This document shows, piece by piece, positions 54,656 through 64,000 of a stretch of DNA of 64,000 bases. Positions within the stretch are counted from its first letter, which is position 1, and every line of letters begins with the position of its first letter. A program made the translations under genes and the position numbers. The notes beneath the pieces were generated by a model. The model did not search any database and was not told the DNA's origin. It saw only the letters and a program-made list of their open reading frames with translations. The stretch lies in NCBI RefSeq assembly GCF_009914755.1, contig NC_060942.1; one strand, 5' to 3'. Source of the DNA: the human T2T-CHM13v2.0 reference genome, Homo sapiens.

Positions 54656-55563
54656 GGGAGGAGGAGCCAAGATGGCCGAATAGGAACAGCTCCCGTGTAC
54701 AGCTCCCAGCGTGAGCGACGCAGAAGACGGGTGATTTCTGCATTTCCATCTGAGGTACCGGGTTCATCTCACTAGGGAGTGCCAGACAGTGGGCGCAGGC
54801 CAGTGTGTGTGCGCACCATGCGCGAGCCGAAGCAGGGCGAGGCATTGCCTCACCTGGGAAGCGCAAGGGGTCAGGGAGTTCCCTTTCCGAGTCAAAGAAA
54901 GGGGTGACGGATGCACCTGGAAAATCGGGTCACTCCCACCCGAATATTGCGCTTTTCAGACCGGCTTAAGAAACGGCGCACCACGAGACTATATCCCACA
55001 CCTGGCTCAGAGGGTCCTACGCCCACGGAATCTTGCTGATTGCTAGCACAGCAGTCTGAGATCAAACTGCAAGGCGGCAACGAGGCTGGGGGAGGGGCGC
55101 CCGCCATTGCCCAGGCTTGCTTAGGTAAACAAAGCAGCCAGGAAGCTCGAACTGGGTGGAGCCCACCACAGCTCAAGGAGGCCTGCCTGCCTCTGTAGGC
55201 TCCACCTCTGGGGGCAGGGCACAGACAAACAAAAAGACAGCAGTAACCTCTGCAGACTTAAGTGTCCCTGTCTGACAGCTTTGAAGAGAGCAGTGGTTCT
55301 CCCAGCACGCAGCTGGAGATCTGAGAACGGGCAGACTGCCTCCTCAAGTGGGTCCCTGACCCCTGACCCCCGAGCAGCCTAACTGGGAGGCACCCCCCAG
55401 CAGGGGCACACTGACACCTCACACGGCAGGGTATTCCAACAGACCTGCAGCTGAGGGTCCTGTCTGTTAGAAGGAAAACTAACAACCAGAAAGGACATCT
55501 ACACCGAAAACCCATCTGTACATCACCATCATCAAAGACCAAAAGTAGATAAAAACCACAAAG
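54656..55563 (+). promoter_or_regulatory. L1 5'UTR internal sense promoter and antisense promoter (CpG-rich)
   Basis: YY1 site CAAGATGGCCG 54668-54678; many retained CpGs; AACAAA SOX-type sites. Confidence 0.85.
54892..55107 (-). CDS. ORF0: L1 ORF0 (71 aa, antisense), intact
   Basis: MAGAPPPASLPPCSLISDCCASNQQDSVGVGPSEPGVGYSLVVRRFLSRSEKRNIRVGVTRFSRCIRHPFL within track ORF 54892..55176. Confidence 0.85.
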   Translation of the reverse strand: MAGAPPPASLPPCSLISDCCASNQQDSVGVGPSEPGVGYSLVVRRFLSRSEKRNIRVGVTRFSRCIRHPFL

Positions 55564-56580
55564 ATGGGGAAAAAACAGAACAGATAAACTGGAAACTCTA
55601 AAACGCAGAGCGCCTCTCCTCCTCCAAAGGAACGCAGTTCCTCACCAGCAACAGAACAAAGCTGGATGGAGAATGATTTTGACGAGCTGAGAGAAGAAGG
55701 CTTCAGACGATCAAATTACTCTGAGCTACGGGAGGACATTCAAACCAAAGGCAAAGAAGTTGAAAACTTTGAAAAAAATTTAGAAGAATGTATAACTAGA
55801 ATAACCAATACAGAGAAGTGCTTAAAGGAGCTGATGGAGCTGAAAACCAAGGCTCGAGAACTACGTGAAGAATGCAGAAGCCTCAGGAGCTGATGCGATC
55901 AACTGGAAGAAAGGGTATCAGCAATGGAAGATGAAATGAATGAAATGAAGCGAGAAGGGAAGTTTAGAGAAAAAAGAATAAAAAGAAATGAGCAAAGCCT
56001 CCAAGAAATATGGGACTATGTGAAAAGACCAAATCTACGTCTGATTGGTGTACCTGAAAGTGATGTGGAGAATGGAACCAAGTTGGAAAACACCCTGCAG
56101 GATATTATCCAGGAGAACTTCCCCAATCTAGCAAGGCAGGCCAACGTTCAGATTCAGGAAATACAGAGAACGCCACAAAGATACTCCTCGAGAAGAGCAA
56201 CTCCAAGACACATAATTGTCAGATTCACCAAAGTTGAAATGAAGGAAAAAATGTTAAGGGCAGCCAGAGAGAAAGGTCGGGTTACCCTCAAAGGAAAGCC
56301 CATCAGACTAACAGCGGATCTCTCGGCAGAAACTCTACAAGCCAGAAGAGAGTGGGGGCCAATATTCAACATTCTTAAAGAAAAGAATTTTCAACCCAGA
56401 ATTTCATATCCAGCCAAACTAAGCTTCATAAGTGAAGGAGAAATAAAATCCTTTACAGACAAGCAAATGCTGAGAGATTTTGTCACCACCAGGCCTGCCC
56501 TAAAAGAGCTCCTGAAGGAAGCACTAAACATGGAAAGGAACAACCGGTACCAGCCGCTGCAAAATCATGCCAAAATGTAA
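55564..56580 (+). pseudogene. ORF1: L1 ORF1p (RNA-binding chaperone), disrupted by two nonsense codons
   Basis: 1017-nt frame ATGGGGAAAAAACAG...NHAKM; TAA at 55585-55587 (K8*) and TGA at 55891-55893 (R110*, CpG transition). Confidence 0.95.
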
Positions 56581-56643
56581 AGACCATCGAGACTAGGAAG
56601 AAACTGCATCAACTAATGAGCAAAATCACCAGCTAACATCATA

Positions 56644-60470
<3,827 letters not shown>

Positions 60471-60738
60471 ACAATGAGATCACATGGACACAGGAAGGGG
60501 AATATCACACTCTGGGGACTGTGGTGGGGTTGGGGGAGTGGGGAGGGATAGCATTGGGAGATATACCTAATGCTAGATGACACGTTAGTGGGTGCAGCGC
60601 ACCAGCATGGCACATGTATACATATGTAACTAACATGCACAATGTGCACATGTACCCTAAAACTTAGAGTATAATAAAAAAAAAAAAATTAAAAAAAAAA
60701 AGAAAAGAAAATTAAAAAGTAAAAAAAAAAAAAAAAAA

Positions 60739-61134
60739 TTAAACCCCAGAAAGTGATGACCATGTTAATTTGCATAACTGAAGTAATCATATCACTATGT
60801 ATATCAAAGCATCATGTTGTATACCTTAAGTACACACAATAAAAAATTAAAATGAAAAGTAAAAAAAAAAAAAAAAAGATTCATTGCCACAGTTTGCATA
60901 GAAAAAACACTCTTTTAGAAGACAAGTTAGTTTTCCTAAGTAAGCAGTATGAATATGAATTTAGAAGCAGCCAAGTTTTAAAGTAAAATCTTTTTATTTG
61001 ATATTGATACTTGTAATCATTATTTTTTATTTGAAAAATACTACCAACTACTCAGCTCTGTGAAAGCTTACTATGTTGCCAGATTTGCTTCAGATCTTTA
61101 AAAGTAATAAAATATTACAAAAAAAAAAAAAAAA
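60739..61134 (+). other. L1 3'-transduced sequence: two segments, each with AATAAA and a poly(A) tail
   Basis: Lies between the L1 tail and the 3' TSD; AATAAA 60838-60843 then A-tract 60861-60877; AATAAA 61106-61111 then A-tract 61119-61134. Confidence 0.9.
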
Positions 61135-62040
61135 GCTAAATATTTGTAAACGGTAAAACCATCTGCATTCAATTGTTAACACCACCATGGCAACTATATC
61201 TTCAGGTTCTCTCCAACAGGACAGCCAAATCAATGTGAAATGGGAAGGTGGGTGTGGAGGAAGGTGTGCAGTCAACCTTCTGAACTCCAGACAGAAGGGA
61301 TTAGAGCCAGGGCCTGGCTGGGGTACTGAGCAGGAGTCAAAAATGTATTCCCTTCTCTTTCCTACTCTTCAGGTCCCATGCAGGAGTGTGTCTCTAAAAA
61401 GAAGAGTCAGAACCATCGGGCCTTTCTGCTTCCTTCCATCTGGCCTACCTTCCTGACGCTGCTATCTTCTTGCCCTGCTTTATTTATTCAAAAAGTAAAC
61501 ACCTGCCATATTCTAGACAATGTGTGTCACTTAGAATACAAAAGCAAATTAAGACAAGATCTGTTCAGTCAAGAAAAATGATTAAAATCTATAACTAAAC
61601 CCTAGTCCACGCTTTCTAGGGTCCTCTCAACTTCCAGGAAATAAAATACCTTTTTAGGAACGTTAATGAACAACATTTCTTGCCTCTGCTTCTGTTCCTG
61701 GCCCTACTAGCTATTATATATCAGAAACTCTAATTTTTTCCTTTTAAATTATTCATTCCTCAAAAAAAAAAGCATTTGGAAATGGTTTCTTTTGAGATGT
61801 GAGCATAAACCCATTGAATTAGGGACTCAGATTAAAAGCATACTAAACATCATCTTTATAATTTCAGGCAATCTAAAGGTGCCTGAGTGAATTGGTCAAG
61901 GATGCTGAATTTGTTTATTAATTCATTAGTGCATTTATTTATTAAAAAGAGACTTATGAAGTCCCACTTTGTGTAAGCATGGGTTCCCTGTGGTCTCATA
62001 AAGATAACTTCACTATTACCCCTTAAAAGAAGAGGCTTAC

Positions 62041-62334
<294 letters not shown>

Positions 62335-64000
62335 GGAGGCTTACAGTGGAAAATCACAAGCAGATGGGCCAAGTTTGCTTAGTCATTAGCAGTGTTCTTT
62401 CCATGAAATGAAGTTTTCTTGATCTGAATAGGTGGCTCAAGTTCATCTGGATTACTAACACAATGACTTTGAAACCATTTGGAAACTTAAAGTAGATAGA
62501 ATTCCCTAATAGGTAAATGGGCAGGAGGAGCAATCCGAAGAAAATAAATAGACAAAACCCCATAGATCATGTGGATGTGGAGTTCACCTTTAGTAAAAAT
62601 TAGCAGACAGACTATTACTGTTTCAAATACCTTTTCCCTGCAACATGCTGTGCCAGAATCATGAGTGGCCCCAAGTATAACTTGGAATTCACAAAATTAA
62701 ATTTTAGTTCGAGATATTAAAAATAAACACAGATAAAGAAGCCAACAAACAGTTGCTCTAGTTCCACACTCAATCCGCAGACCCAGAGTTAGGTTAAGCA
62801 AAACCACAGACACTTAAAAGAGGAAAACAGTCCTCAGGCTGGAGAGATCAGAGGCAGCAGTGGTGGGGTGTAAGCTGGACCTTCAGAAATGAAGCCTATT
62901 TAGAGAAGAGATCATGGCATTTGATTCAGAATAGTTGACCAGTCATAACAAAATTGCTGTATTCAAAGTGATTTGCATTCATGGGCTATAAGTCACTGTG
63001 GGGTTTCCAAGGAAGGTTAAAAAAGCCTTGAGACCTTCCTCACACCCTTTGGAAATCACAGCCAGTGTTTCAGAGGTAGACAAGTGAATTCCCAGGGAAT
63101 AAAGAAATCCTCTTTATCCGTTAGGACTGATTATGCTGGGAATAAAAGCAGGGTGACTTCATCCCTGGCTTTCTTACAGTCACCACTGAACTGATTGACC
63201 AGGTGTCCCAGCAAATATCAAAAGGTGGAGAGTGAAACTACAAGAGAATGAGTTCAGTCTCTCTTCTCTCTCTCTCTGTCTTTCTACTTCTCTTTTGTTC
63301 AGCGTCAGCACTTTTTTCTTTCTCTCTGAAGAAACTTTATTTCCCTTTAAGAGTGGCCTCAAAATTACTGTTAATTTTCTACAAGGAAACTGTTCTTTGA
63401 AATACATCATATACCATTTTCTTTTCTTTTTTTTCCTCCCTCTTTGTGATGATGGCAATGCGTTGGCTGTGAATGTGTAAGTATAGTTGCTTTTGAATGC
63501 TGCAAGGTAAATGCAGAAAATGACAGCTTAAATGGAATCATTAAAGCAGATGTAGGTAATATCTGAATGCTACCAAGCCTTCTTTGCAAGGCAATTTTTT
63601 TTCAGTTCTAGTGCCTTGCACCTTTTCAGGGAATCTGACAACCTATCATTTTCTACTTTTTTTCCCCATTTCCAGCATGAACTCAGGGGCCTCATTTCTA
63701 TCTTAAGTTACAACCTGTTGATTGGTGGAAAAGGCAAGAAATGTATACTGTTACACCCTAAACGGTTATTTCCAGGCAGTACAGCAGTGATCCCTGTCAG
63801 TTCATTCAAAGACATTAAGTATGAGAAAGTCACAACAAAATTGCTACCTGTCCACCTGCTGGGTGAACCACAGAGTACAAGTTTCAGAGTGGTTTAGGAC
63901 AGACCCAAGGGACTGCATCCTAGATTTGAAGAGGGCCAGACGTACTACAAAGGAATTATAGTAAAATTTTGCATTTCTTTAAATTTGTACCATCTAATAC

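Overview
AT-rich, repeat-dense, non-coding mammalian DNA (intronic or intergenic). It is almost certainly human, because it carries a full-length L1 with the human-specific pre-Ta diagnostics. I recognise no host protein-coding exon, RNA gene, CRISPR array or CpG island outside the L1 5'UTR, and I cannot name the locus. Most listed ORFs are Alu, simple-repeat or chance frames. The main feature is a full-length, retrotransposition-dead L1HS pre-Ta element (from 54656). Its 17-bp target-site duplication (TSD) also encloses ~470 bp of extra 3' sequence with several poly(A) tails, which looks like a serial 3' transduction. Its antisense ORF0 is intact and has an in-frame candidate splice acceptor ~1.4 kb away. 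Other features: a near-complete Tigger1 with two nested Alus, an ancient MLT1 provirus-like structure with nested insertions, eight Alus, several truncated L1s (two with short 3' extensions inside their TSDs), a MER5A split at a triplicated target site, template-switch scars, a strong CTCF motif, a GATA/E-box cluster and a few candidate non-coding exons. Repeat subfamily names come from memory of consensus sequences, and boundaries of old repeats are approximate.
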